The notes under the pieces: generated by a model
What the model saw: only the letters and a program-made list of their open reading frames with translations
Databases searched by the model: none
Told to the model about the DNA's origin: nothing
Origin: Chlorokybus atmophyticus
Lineage: Eukaryota; Plantae; Mesostigma and Chlorokybus algae
Assembly: GCA_009103225.1 (NCBI GenBank)
Contig: RHPI01002503.1
Coordinates: 256,931 to 320,930 of the forward strand
Reading direction: 5' to 3'
Length of the DNA: 64,000 bases
Position numbers and translations under genes: made by a program
Shown: piece by piece, positions 37,180 to 49,600 of the stretch
Position numbering within the stretch: the first letter of the stretch is position 1
Layout: every line of letters begins with the position of its first letter

Positions 37180-38830
37180 TGTGTATCAGTTAGCTGTCCC
37201 GCGCATCATCACATTTACGGATTACCACCTGTACACAACATTGAGGGGTTTTGTTTCAATTTACTTCTTCAGCGGGTTACTTTTCGTTCTGAAGTTGATT
37301 TGATTTCTTTGAACAACCAATCACGCACTTACTATGAAGAATGTGTGTTGCGGTATTCTATTAACAACACAAACCGCGGTTTGCTGACACATGTCACGCG
37401 CTATGCCGAACGTCATGTATACAATGATGTTAAGATTTACCATATGATGAACGCCATAATGCAGACCACTGATAATGCTATTAATGCCTTGTCTATGGCT
37501 GCAGCTGGTGCGACAGACAGCCAAACTGCACCAGAACCTTCCACGCAATATCCAACAGCAACATCATCCAATCCTGCATCTCCAGCTTCAACTGTGACAA
37601 CGGACTCAGATGTATCAGCGCCGATGTTTCAAGGTACTTTGAAAGTTGAGGAGTTTGCGTTTGCGAACAATTTCTCTTTGACCAGCCAGCAAGAATGCAC
37701 CGCAAGTAGTATCATTGCAGCACCGGTTGGTCTACATGTAATATCTGGTTGTCCAGGAGCAGGCGAAACATTTTTGTCCAAATTTATCACTCACAAGTTG
37801 CGCGTTGCTGGGATACCTGTATTACTCAGTGCTACAACTGGCGCTGCGGCTCTGCGGCTTTGCGGCTTAGCTCATCTGCTTCAACTATACATTCCAACTT
37901 CGCAATACCTGTCGATGGTCAGCAACTCCGGTTTGTAACTGCTATGGATGATGCTTACAAATTGTTACATCATTGTCGAGTGTTTATTATTGACGAGTTT
38001 TCCATGATGACATCGCGGTTGTTTGACTTGGTGATGCTGCGCTTACAGCACGTTCATGGATCAGAATTTCTACAAACATCGGCATTGTATTGGTTTGTGA
38101 CCACAAGCAACTGCCATCAGTTTGTGGACACAAAGTCCAAGACACATCGCAGGTTTGCCACAAATGCCATATTTTTGCATCACAGAGGTGGCCATTACGT
38201 AGGCAACATTTTCTCTGTTTCAGTGCGTCATGCTTCAGACCCTCTATTTGCTCAATTCTTGATTTAGATTCGTTCTGGCATACCCAGTTCAACAGAGATA
38301 GCAGATGCGTTAGGTTGCTGTCTGGTCTCTTCGGAGTACTTATAGCAGGTACCAAGTGATGCAACCATATTGTGTTCACATGTACAAGACACACTAGCTT
38401 TCAATAGCATGATTGTAAGACAACGTTTGGCAGTTGATGCCATTGTGCCAATACATATTACTTCTAATGCAGTGAACGTGCCCGAACTGTACGACTGGAT
38501 TCACAAGCGCAAGTTCAACTTATCTTTAGTTGCCAAGGGAGCAAAGGTGTTGGTTTTAGAAAACGTTTCACTGCAAGATGGTGTAGCCAATGGGTCTTTG
38601 GGAACAGTGACGCAGTTCAGATACTACAAAGGTAATGTGAGCAGTATACAAGTTACATCTGATCACTTAGCAGAATCCATGTGGATGCGCCGAACAATAC
38701 AGCAAACAACAACGTCTCAAGGCAAAACGTACTACTTTATTATCCACATGCAAAAAGCTTTTGCTCTCGGATTGTAGTATGTGGCGTTGTCGTGTGTGAC
38801 AAACAGGGCCTATTTGGTACGGTTGACGCG
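37180..38830 (+). pseudogene. Helitron RepHel, linker and Pif1 helicase portion
   Basis: GCPGAGET (decayed Walker A), LSATTGAAA, STIHSNFAIP, FIIDEFSM, GAKVLVLENVSLQDGVANGSLG, YVALS. Frameshifts and stops. Confidence 0.9.
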
Positions 38831-38939
38831 TTTGCCGCGCCCTGAAGAGATGACGCCCGTTCCTGGGGACTAACGTTGGTAACCGATAAGTCCAGTCAGT
38901 GTTGCGCAATGGTGTGACATAAATTGCATCATTTTGGCG

Positions 38940-39170
38940 ATATGATACAATGTTGCGCAACGTTGTTTGATATCGACGCATATCGCATGATGTTTGAGCA
39001 TGTGTGATCAATGTCGCACAACATTGCACTATATGGTTCCAAGTTGGACGATATTGCTTTAGGCGACATAGTACGATGTTGCGCAACGTTGTTTAGTATC
39101 AACGCATATCGCATGATGTTTGAGCATGTATGAACGATGTTGCACAACATTGCGCTATGGTTCCATGTTC
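38940..39170. repeat. Degenerate ~126-bp tandem duplication downstream of the helicase
   Basis: atgttgcgcaacgttgttt...cgcatatcgcatgatgtttgagcatgt at ~38950 and ~39076. Confidence 0.8.
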
Positions 39171-39587
39171 GACGATATTGGACCATGTCGCGGAACATGA
39201 ACTGCATCTCATGACCAAACTGTACACATTGTACGGTTTGATGACATGGTACATTCAGTTGATTGCCGTATCGCCCGTCATCCAACCATGCTTTGTATGC
39301 AATCATCTCCTCCATCCCATCATCTCTTTTCACCAATTGCATCGCGGCATGGCTTAGCACGTGGTGCTCTGCCGACGCAGACCCTTTTCCTTGCCACGCA
39401 GATATACATTGGCAGTATATCTAACGCTGCTATAAATGTACACCAGATGAAACGTCAAGTCGCAGGGCACTGTGCATACATGCCTGTCGCATCACCTGCC
39501 CATCGTCGGAAATTGTCACCTCAGCCAGACGCAGGTAACAACGTGGCTCAGTTTGCCTTTGTTTAATCTCGAAGTCTGTGAGTCAAC

Positions 39588-40720
39588 ATGTCGGCGAGCG
39601 TTACATTGACGATGCACCTGGTTGACAGCATGGACTTTGACGGAAAAGATCTATTCAAGAGGCTCCACGCTCAAATTTTCAATGACGAACCTGGCTCTAG
39701 GCGTCCACATACCAGTAGCTCTGAAGGTGATGCGCCTGGTCGTCCGCTGACAGCAAAACAACTGGTAGCATGTGACTCAACAGGAAGCACTCTCCACAAG
39801 CTGAAGGGGCTATTCACCAAGCCAGACGCCGATAAGTTAATTCGCCCTGCCAAAGAGAGAGCTCAAGAGTTTCGCATAAACCACGGGGACTCCATTGCAA
39901 CTGGTAAGAGGCGGTAAATGTACAATTATACACTGTGGTGCATGTGTTAACTGATGCATGTATGTGCAGGAACATGGATCTACTACCTCAAAATGCTCGG
40001 CATCGACATTTATGATGACCTGCAGCGCCAAGTAGCTTACAAGCTGTGGGACACTCTGATGCGCAAGGACAACCCGAATTTTCCTGATAATGCAGAGCCA
40101 ATTTACGCTAATTAGGTGTGTATCAATGTGACACTTGGTCATTGGCCAAAGCACCTGTAGTTAATAGATGTTTGACAGGTGTTCGAGCTGGTGCACGTTT
40201 GCAAAGTTTGCAACTGGGAGACAGCGCGTTTCATGTCGCAAGGAAAGGCAGAAAAAATCATTGAGCAGATCAACAAAGCAGACCCAAGGGAAGCTCCAGT
40301 TGTAAATGTTGCTGCCAATGAGGTGTGTTGTTATCCAAGTTGATGATGGGATTACTGTGCTTGCCAAGATTAGTCGCGATGACATGAGAATGCTATGGTT
40401 GCGTAGCAGAGTTCCAACAGCAATGGGCACATCAAGCCAGAACCCATGCAGTCACTCCATCTATTATTACACTTCTGTTTTTGCATTGGCTCCCTTGCTT
40501 CTTATCCTTTACCCGTTGTCTGTTTGCTTGCTTCTACTTCGCTACGCATGTATGTCACCATTGTTTAACATCAATCTCAGATGTGTACTGCAGCGTTCAT
40601 AGTAACATTGTTATTTGCAGGTAAAGGATGAGGTCTAGATGATCCTGCGATCCTCGGCAACAAAAAACAGCATCAATGCCAACACCAACATCAGGGCCTC
40701 TGCACGTACCTCAAAAAGCG
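39588..40720 (+). pseudogene. Spliced gene of unknown function inside the Helitron (premature stops)
   Basis: Exon-like segments with GT-AG borders: MSASVTLTMHL...GDSIAT | GTWIYYLKMLGIDIYDDLQRQVAYKLWDTL... | VFELVHVCKVCNWETARF... Confidence 0.5.
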
Positions 40721-40739
40721 TGCGCAACCCATAAACACA

Positions 40740-41093
40740 GGTGCGAAGTTTACCTACAAGTTGACGCATGTGGCAACACAGAAAGTATATATCGGTCAAA
40801 GTAGCCACCCAGGTCGACGTTATAAGGAACATCGTAAACACCCGCCTTGGAAAATGTGGCCTGACTTAGATAGCAATAAATCTTTTGAAGAGCAAGTGCA
40901 GTTGGAAGTTTTAGATGAAGGACATTGCAAGGCGCGAATAGATTGGTTAGAAGCTAGGTATATCGCCCAATACGACTCTCGTGGGTGCAAAGGTTACAAT
41001 ATGGACGAAGGCAACCCAGCAAGGTTCAAAGCATTTTGGGCGCGCCGACGTAGTGGTAGCGGTTTTGGCAATAAAAACAAGAAAACAGAGTGA
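40740..41093 (+). CDS. GIY-YIG endonuclease
   Basis: FTYKLT...KVYIGQS...RRYKEH...LEARYIAQYDS...GYN covers the GIY-YIG motif, catalytic Arg and Glu, and the terminal Asn. Confidence 0.85.
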   Translation, partial: GAKFTYKLTHVATQKVYIGQSSHPGRRYKEHRKHPPWKMWPDLDSNKSFEEQVQLEVLDEGHCKARIDWLEARYIAQYDSRGCKGYNMDEGNPARFKAFWARRRSGSGFGNKNKKTE

Positions 41094-41277
41094 AACTGGC
41101 TATTATTTGTGTGGGATTTACCACGTGTGTTGGACAATTTGTGCGACACCATGCTTTGGTGTCGATATGATACAGGTGGGTGCATATTGGTGGTGTAACT
41201 GTGTTGCTGTAACTATATAGATGTACGTATGCTGTGGTGTTTAGTGCAAGTGTATTATCTCAGCGACGTAAAGTGAC

Positions 41278-44256
41278 CGGTTCCGTCATATTAACTGAGG
41301 TTATGTCACATTTTAACTGAACTCTTTCAACAAGGAACTCACGACATGTCATGCGACATCGCACCATACCAAGCCATATCATACTGTATGGTGTCACAGC
41401 GATCGATATGCCAGCATATGATGTCATATGGCGTGATATGGCAGAATGTCGCTCGACGTCGCTGGACATCGTGAGTTCCCTGTGCATTATGTTAACACAG
41501 TTCAGGTTAAATATCCGTATGCCTGTCGACGTGACACAATATGTGCGGCCATGTGTTGTTGTACAAGCAAGTTCTATAACAACATAACTATACAGGTAAT
41601 AACAGAGCATAAGATTATTCAATTGACAAACTTGACATATGCATCGACAAGGGCAAAACGTGTTTCATGAAATACAGGTCTACTCAGGGGGAGGTGGCTG
41701 CGAAGGCCCAGCGCCAGCAGCACCGGTATTGTGTGTATCAACATCCTCATCGTCGTCACTGCTGCTCAGTGCATATACAGGGAAATCGGGGAGCGCTGCA
41801 CCACGTGGTGGGCGATGCATAAAAATAAGTTGAAAGCAACGGCAGAAAGGACACTCAACTTGAGGGTGAAATCCTGCGCGCAGCTTCTTCAAGCACTGAC
41901 GGCACAGTGTAGCTCCGCAACATGGCATTGGTAGCAACACTTCCACTGGCTTCTGCTCGCAGCCGCATGTGTTATCTTCACTGTCTACCACGCGATTGCC
42001 CTTGTAGTCCTGGCGCACATGTTGCTGCATTTCTTCGGTTGTTGCTGCTTCACGCAGCAACGGGGCAACTGTGCAGAGGTAGGTACAAAGCTTCTCCCAG
42101 AGTGTTTGGTATAGTTGCAGTTGCTGCTGCCTTTTAACATCTCTGCGATTGAGGAGCGAAACCTGGTACACCAACCAGTGAACACCAAAATGTTGCATTT
42201 GTTAATAATTGTCATAATTGTAATTGTTCAGTACCTGTCCGTCAAGGTCGATCTCTTTCAACATGTATTTTGCCAAGCTGTCCAACTCCTTTCTAGTGAC
42301 TTTCAGCTCCAGCTGGAAGCTCTTGAACTGCACGCCATTGGGTTTAACAACGCGCTCACGAAATCGCCAGTTTGCCGTTTGAAAACGCAGGACGCTTGTC
42401 AACTCAGAGGTCTACAACAGCAAGTCAGTTGCTGTAAAATCTAACAGTGCAGGAACACACCTATTTTTTCTCCGCTGCAATTGTCTGGTTGGCTTTCCCA
42501 ATCTAGCATTGCAGACGCGCCAATTTTGCATCGTTACGCTCATTGTGTTGCTGCAACTGTGTGGCCTTGCGCTGAGCTTCTGTCAGCTGCTTGCGTAAAC
42601 CCACGATGCTTGCTGCGTCTGCGTTTTTGACGCTTTTTGTCAATTTGACGTGCTCAGCATGCTCTTCGAGTAATGCACGCTCTAGGTCAGCAGAGTTCTG
42701 CAGCAGCATGGCCTGCACGCAGACCATTGAGTTCACTGATCATTTTCAACAGCTTTGCAGCGATCTGGTGATCAAGATGTGTCTGGTTTTGGCATAGCTG
42801 TTTTGCTTGCTTCAGGTTGCGCTCGCGAAGGACTGTGTTCTCGTCAACCAGTTTGAAATCTGCAAACAATGCCATCAATGGTGTGTGTCAAAACAATGGC
42901 ACAATTTCCCTTACTTTCGTTTTATAGAACGTCGAACGTCGTTTTGTACTTCACGAAGCAGGTTGGCACTGAAGGTGTCGATAGCAGCACGCATAAGATC
43001 AGGTGTAAATTGGTGAGTTGGCAAACGCGGCATTGCTTCCCATGTGTTCATATAGTTCACATGATCAGGTTGAAACCTCTGCAACGATAACATTGATCAC
43101 CTGTTTCAGCGTCAGTGACATGAGAAGTGGTGGGAGTATCAGGCGCCATGGACAACATTCCTACGGCGCTTAGACGGAGTCACACGAGAACCTGTTAAGA
43201 TACATGCACTGAATGAAACTGTTAATGTCACCACGAAGCAGTTACGTACCTGTTGGCATCGTCAAGGCACTGGCATTGGTGTCTTCGATGAGGTTAGGAT
43301 CGTGTAAGATTTCAACAGGGTACAGAACATCATGCAGGGACGGTGGCAGGGGGGTTGTTTGCTGCAAAGGCCACGTTCCAGCAATTGGCATAAAGGCACC
43401 CATAGTAGGATTGAAGTTGTGTTGTGCCACTGCAGCCCGACCCTAAGTGGCAACAAGTACATAAACATGATTGCAATCCCATATAAGTCCGTCCAATGTG
43501 CCATCATGCAGACAGCAACATGCACTCCAAGTATGTTGACAGTGACATTGCACATTGTTAAACTCCCAAGCTGTGGAGCAGTTTCCTATCTGACCCGTGC
43601 ACAACAATGCATGCCACCATGCAGGACTCAACGGATCCAACCAGTACTTCAGCAAGTCGTCATTGTTGGCGTGTTAATGCATTGAAGGCGTCCTTGTGGA
43701 TACCGCTAGTAAGGTGAGATCTGAAGTTTTGCACTCCCACTCTGGCGATCCAGCCTCTGTGTATGCCTGTAAAGTTGCAGCCGTAGATGCAACGGACGAA
43801 GTAATTTTCGAAGGTGGCAACACGCCGAGAACCCGCCATGGACCTGATTAAGAAGGCGACGCAATGCACCAACGAAACAACGCGGCGGCTACGCTCGACA
43901 ATCTTGGCGTCGTTGCCGTCGATGAGCTTGCATGCGACTTGGTTTCCGAGCCGTGGTAGTCATCGAACATATCGCCTGGGCGCGTACGATAACCCATCAT
44001 ACGCAGAACACATTACGCACGAACCATAGTTTGACTTGAACTCTGTTAACATGCCGCACAGGGAACTCACGATGTCCAGCGACGCCGCGCCATATCACGT
44101 CATATGACATCATATGCCATATGCATGTCGATCGCCGTGACACCATATACTATGATATGGCTTGCTATGGTGCGATGTCGCATGACATGTCGTGAGTTCC
44201 TTATTGAAAGAGTTCAGTTAAAATGTGACATAACCTCAGTTAATACGACGGAACCG
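41278..44256. repeat. ~230-bp inverted repeats (41278-41510 and 44031-44256) bracketing a ~2.5-kb gene cassette
   Basis: cggttccgtcatattaactgaggttatgtcacattttaactgaactctttcaa... is matched in reverse by ...ttgaaagagttcagttaaaatgtgacataacctcagttaatacgacggaaccg. Confidence 0.9.
41680..43430 (-). CDS. Spliced coiled-coil + RING-finger protein (putative E3 ligase) carried in the Helitron; possibly decayed
   Basis: Last exon CGCEQKPVEVLLPMPCCGATLCRQCLKKL...ECPFCR plus acidic tail; coiled-coil exons at 42.2-42.9 kb; first exon MAQHNFNP...MPT|gtacg. Confidence 0.65.
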
Positions 44257-44288
44257 AAAATAATTGTTTTGTGACCTGAACTGAAGCG

Positions 44289-44700
44289 CATTGCACACAT
44301 GATACTATATGTGTGATATCCATCCATATGCTGTTGAGCATATTGCGCCATATAATGCCGTATGCTAGCACATCAAACGATATTTTATCAAGTGACGCCA
44401 TATGCTGTGCTGCAGTGTCGCGCTACGTCGCGTCCGTCGCTCCTTGTATGCCTGTTGTGGCGGTGAGATGGCGTGTGATCATTAACGTCGCTGAGTTAAT
44501 AGAGTTCAGGTCACATTGCACGCATGATACCATATATGTAATATCCATCCATATGCTTTTGAGCATATCGCGCCATATAATCCGGTATACTAGCACATCA
44601 AACGATATTATATCAAGTGACGCCATATGCTGAGCTGCAATGTCGCGCTACGACCCATCCGTCGCTGCTTGGATGCCGGTTGTAGCGGTGACATGGCGTG
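44289..44700. repeat. Two diverged ~190-bp tandem copies (period about 222 bp)
   Basis: cattgcac(a/g)catgata...atatccatccatatgct...ctagcacatcaaacgatatt...atcaagtgacgccatatgctg at ~44290 and ~44514. Confidence 0.85.
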
Positions 44701-45231
44701 TGGCAGGCCTCAGCCTGCACTGACGGATTGTACTGACAATTTTTGTGTGGTGACTCACTGGTGACAGCCGCCCGCATCGCGCCCAATCAGCCGCACCGCT
44801 AGTTAAGCGGCATGTTAACAAGTTTTGGGCCGCGCGTGATGTGGGCCACAGGTGTGGGCCACATGATGTGGCTCATAACAATAATGTCATGTTTTTATTC
44901 TGCGATGATATAATAGGACAAAATGTACATGGCGTATTTTATTGCATACAACATCAATACTCACATGCTACACGGTATGACATGTTCATAAGTCGAGTAA
45001 AATAGACATATTTATATTGGGTATTGTCATTACAATGATAACTACGACAAGCACATATATACCATACCTTATCTTATCAAGTCATACACGATGATAGGCC
45101 ATCCAATTGACATGTACACATATACACTAACAAGATATCCTATAATATCAACACAGTCCCCCTTAAGGAGGATACGAAAAGGGAAATGAGACTGTAATAT
45201 TAAAACACAGTCCCCTCCTCGATTTTACTTT

Positions 45232-45293
45232 GGGGGGGGGGGGGGGGGNNNNNNNNNNNNNNNNNNNNNNNNNNNNNNNNNNNNNNNNNNNNN

Positions 45294-45361
<68 letters not shown>
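45232..45361. other. Poly-G run with an assembly gap (N 45249-45293)
   Basis: Seen directly. Confidence 0.95.
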
Positions 45362-46633
45362 CGGGGGGGCGCCTGTATTGAGGTAAATACGGTAAACATA
45401 TATATACTAATATGCATTCAAGATGCATTATATGCTTCACGTATGTTGTGTGTTATTGGTTGAAATGGTCTATTGCGTTGCATTACGGGCTTTAATTGGG
45501 CGTACTTTATTTTGTCTTTACCCCATTTCTACACCCAATGTGTCCCTCACACATGCATTGCATATGTATAAAACACACGATGCAAAAGATGCGTATGCAA
45601 CAGATGTTGCATACGCATCTTACATGTACACACACATATACACATACATATATGTATATACACGTGTGTATTTGATCATACTATCCAAAGCATCAAGTAT
45701 AAGTAGCTACGCATATAAACATGCTCTATGTGATCTATTTATGTAACACACACTTATATATGCATATATGCATAGGGTATCATCCAAGGGGCCAACCACA
45801 CCAGCTGTCACAACAACAAGCAGAACAAGAACTAACAACACACAAACCATGTGCTAAGCTAGGATATTAGGGGTTAGGGGCTGGTGCTACGTGCTTGCAA
45901 TGGTAGAACAGCAGCAGGCAAGCAGGTAGCAGCAGCAGCATGTATGAGATCCCAGCCAAATATTGCGCGTTGCAGTGGCTTCTCATCTGTATGCTGTGCC
46001 TTAGCTGTTGGCTTGCAAGTGTGCACACTGTCGCATTTTGTGACTCTGTAAGTATATGGTATGCACACAGGAACCGACACATCGATGTGTAATCGCGCTG
46101 CAATGCTAGACAGGCAATGTTATTGCGTATTACACTTTCGCATACAACACGCATTTCTGAACAAGCCTTCATGATCTGTAGGGCACAATGCTGCGACCAT
46201 AAAGCTTGCACATGAACCATTCTTATGTTGATGATATTCATCGGACATCGGTTTACATAGAAAAGTGGTTGATGTCAACATCAAAACTTTTGTTGTCGAT
46301 GTGGAGACATTTGTATACTGGAACCTAAGCCGCAAGCATGATGATAGCAGTAGAGGGCGAACTTCCCTCAGCAGGGCAAATCAGTGACACAGCGCCTAGC
46401 ACATAAGACTAGATTGGCAAAGCAAGTATATCAGCAATACCGCGTAGCATACAATCTATAGCGATCCCACTACACAGGTTGCTGCGCTAATCGAAGAATG
46501 GCCAAGCAGCTACGGTAAAGCAATCGCCAAACTAATCAGCAAATAATGCATGCATACCTGCTCTGCAAATCTGCTACCAACACAAAGACAGCGCTGAGTT
46601 GCACCTGCAGTTGGTTTGCACATGAATGGCACT

Positions 46634-49600
46634 CTAGGACCGCTTGCATGGCTCCACACCCCAAATCTCCTCGGCATACTGCTTGATTGTCCGATCGCTG
46701 CTGAACTTGCCAGATCCGGCTGTGTTCATGATGCTCATGCGGGTCCACCTGGCCTGGTCAACATATGCCCTGTCCACTTCTGCCTGCGCCTCCAAGTAGC
46801 TCGCGAAGTCATTGGCTACCAGGTAGTAGTCACCTCCGTAACCCTCCACGGCCTCCGCGATTGGTGAAAGATATTCCTGCCAGCCGAAGAACCCTGTGCG
46901 GATCATGTCAACAACCTGCAGGAAGCGTCCATCCGGGCGGTAGTTCATGCGCTCAGCCCGCGCCTTAGGCACGTCATGTGCGAGCAACCCAAAGATGAAC
47001 TGCACACAGATCCTAATGTGAGCGCACAGTCTCGGCAAGGATGCCGATCATACATGGACCATTCAGGCACAGGCATACCATGTTCTCCTCTCCAACCTCC
47101 TGCGCAATCTCCACATTTGCTCCATCCATGGTGCCAATGATCAATGAGCCATTCATGGCGAACTTCATGTTGCTCGTTCCTGAGGCCTCCGTGCCAGCTG
47201 TGGAGATGTGTTGCGATAGCTCCGTGGCCGGGATGATGGTTTCCGCCAGCGACACGTTGTAATCGGGTAGGAAGAACTGTGAGCATAGCGTGTGAGCCAC
47301 ACAAACACAGACATCATGCCAGTCAAATACTGCTTAACTCAACCAACAACTCACGAGCTTGAGGAGGTCGCCAACATCAGGATCATTGTTGATCTTCTCC
47401 CCTACAGAACAGACCAGCTTGATAATCCTCTTGGCCATGTCATACCCGGGTGCCGCTTTGCCTCCAATGACGACCACGCGAGGCACAACCTTCTTCCTTT
47501 CTTCAGGACTCATGCTCTGAGCAACAGATCTGGGTGAGCCCGACCTGAAGCAGTGCTCTACGGCAGGCTCAATGCTTGCTTTACAGAGGATGCGGCATGT
47601 AACACAAGGCTCACCTTGATCTGAGTGTACCGGTAGATCACACTGAGGACGTTCAGCAGCTGCCGCTTGTACTCATGGATGCGCTTGACTTGGACGTCAA
47701 ACAAAGCATTCGCATTGACCTGGTGCAGCAATTGTTAATCTTCAACTATGACAAGGGTGAAAGTGTGCAACACCAGCATTACACTTCCGTCATCCCAACT
47801 GTGCCAGGCGAACACCAACACATTGAGCACTAAAACTCAACGAGTGCATGCTAACGCTTCACAAGTGGCAAATGTGAAGGCTGACCGTTTGGCCTGTGAG
47901 CCGCTTGATGACAGCTGCGAGTTTGATCTTGTTTTCATTCTTGATTGCCCGCCACTCAGCCTGCAACTCCGGGTTGTCTGCATGCTCGCGCAGGCCTGCC
48001 AGCAGGTCCAGCTCTGTAATCCACTTCTCTGTTCCCAGCCACTTGGAGATGATTTCGCGCAGCCCTGGGTTACAGAAGGCCAGCCATCTCCGCTGCATGC
48101 ACCAAATGTTGCTATGAGCAGGTGCACCTCTGGACAGGACCTACAGCTTTACATAGCTATCGACGGGCCAACCTGTGTGACACCATTGGTCTTGTTCTGG
48201 AACTTCTCGGGCCACAGCTCATAGAAGTCCTGTGAGCATGTACACATGAGATTGCCTGTAGTAGCTCTGGTCTCGACCGTACTTGCAACTTCAGTACCTT
48301 GAAGACAGCTGCCTTCAGAATGTCCGTATGGATTGCTGCGACGCCATTGACGGCACGAGATGCGACCAGTGCCAAATGCGCCATACGCACTTGCTTGGGT
48401 TCTCCCTCCTCTATGATGGACATGCTCGACATCCTGGCAAAGTCGTCGCCAAACTTCGCCTTGATAGCGTCCAAGAAGCGCTGGTTGATGTCGTACACAA
48501 TCTGGATGTGGCGCGGCAGCAACCGCTCAAAGAGAGGAAGCGGCCACTTCTCAAGAGCCTCAGGCAGCACAGTATGGTTGGTGAAAGAGAAAACCTGCAT
48601 AATTTTTACTGTCTGTAATCAGATTATACGTAAATGTGCACACACATGGGGAACATAGATACACATATAAATGCCACCCACCCAACGCACTTGCAGTTTT
48701 ATGCACAACTAACCTTGGTTGTCAATTTCCAAGACTGCGTCCATCCCAACCCCTCCTCATCCATCAACAGGCGCATCAGCTCTGGTACCCCAATGGTTGG
48801 GTGCGTGTCGTTCAGCTGCAGTGCGACCTGTTTGCAAAACGGGTCAGCGTGTTGTGCAAGAAGAAAAACATGAAGATCACAACGGCAAGCAATAAACCTG
48901 TCAAGTGCACGCAAGCTTACCTTTTCTCCAAAGAGATCCCAGACCTCCTTGCCCTTGGTGACATCGTGAACATCCTTGAAACGACGAATGATATCCTGCA
49001 GTGTAGCTGATACGAAGAAGTACTGCTGCCGCAACCGCAGCTCCTTGCCCTGGAACGTGCGGTCATCGGGATACAGGACACTGCTGATGGTTTCAGCGCG
49101 CTGCTTGTTCAAGATGGCAGCAATGTAATCTCCGGTGTTGAATGATTCCTAAACAACACAGGACGTTGGCAACCACTAACCACCTCGTCGTAGCAAATTG
49201 TGCCATCGACGGTCAGAGCTTCAGAGGCATAACTGCAGTACCAGATCAAATTCACCACTGGGTTTTGCGCCCCACAGTCGAAGGTTGATGGTGTTCTCAG
49301 TGTCGAACCCTGGAATAGGGTTGTCGTAAGCCACTGCCATGACCTGCACACGCAGGCACAATGAATACGCGCCCTAGAAGCAAGTACAATGATGCACAGC
49401 TGCATAAGGCAGACGTACTGTTTCTGCAGGATTCCAGGTAAATTTCAGCTTGCCATTTTCTGAAGCGCTTGACACATGGCCGTAGAACTGCACATAGCAA
49501 GACATGCATGATCATTTATTATCAGCTGTAAACTGCACACAGCATCATGAATGCACATGCGTAGTATCCACGGTTGCGAGACTTGATTGCATGCTCCGAC

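Larger units (their letters stand above)
10095..45231 (+). mobile_element. Degenerate Helitron (Helitron2/Helentron-like) hosting the nested LTR elements; ends tentative
   Basis: Rep motifs at 11.1-13.3 kb continue into Pif1 motifs at 37.2-38.8 kb across the GCATT duplication. Candidate asymmetric inverted repeat: GAGGGGACTGTG (10097-10108) and CACAGTCCCCTC (45206-45217). Confidence 0.6.

Noticed and set aside
45232-45361. Long poly-G as a functional G-quadruplex
   Set aside because: All G/C runs abut assembly gaps, so their length and reality are uncertain.
45868-45880. TTAGGG-like words here and near 10960
   Set aside because: Only about two units each; not a telomeric array.
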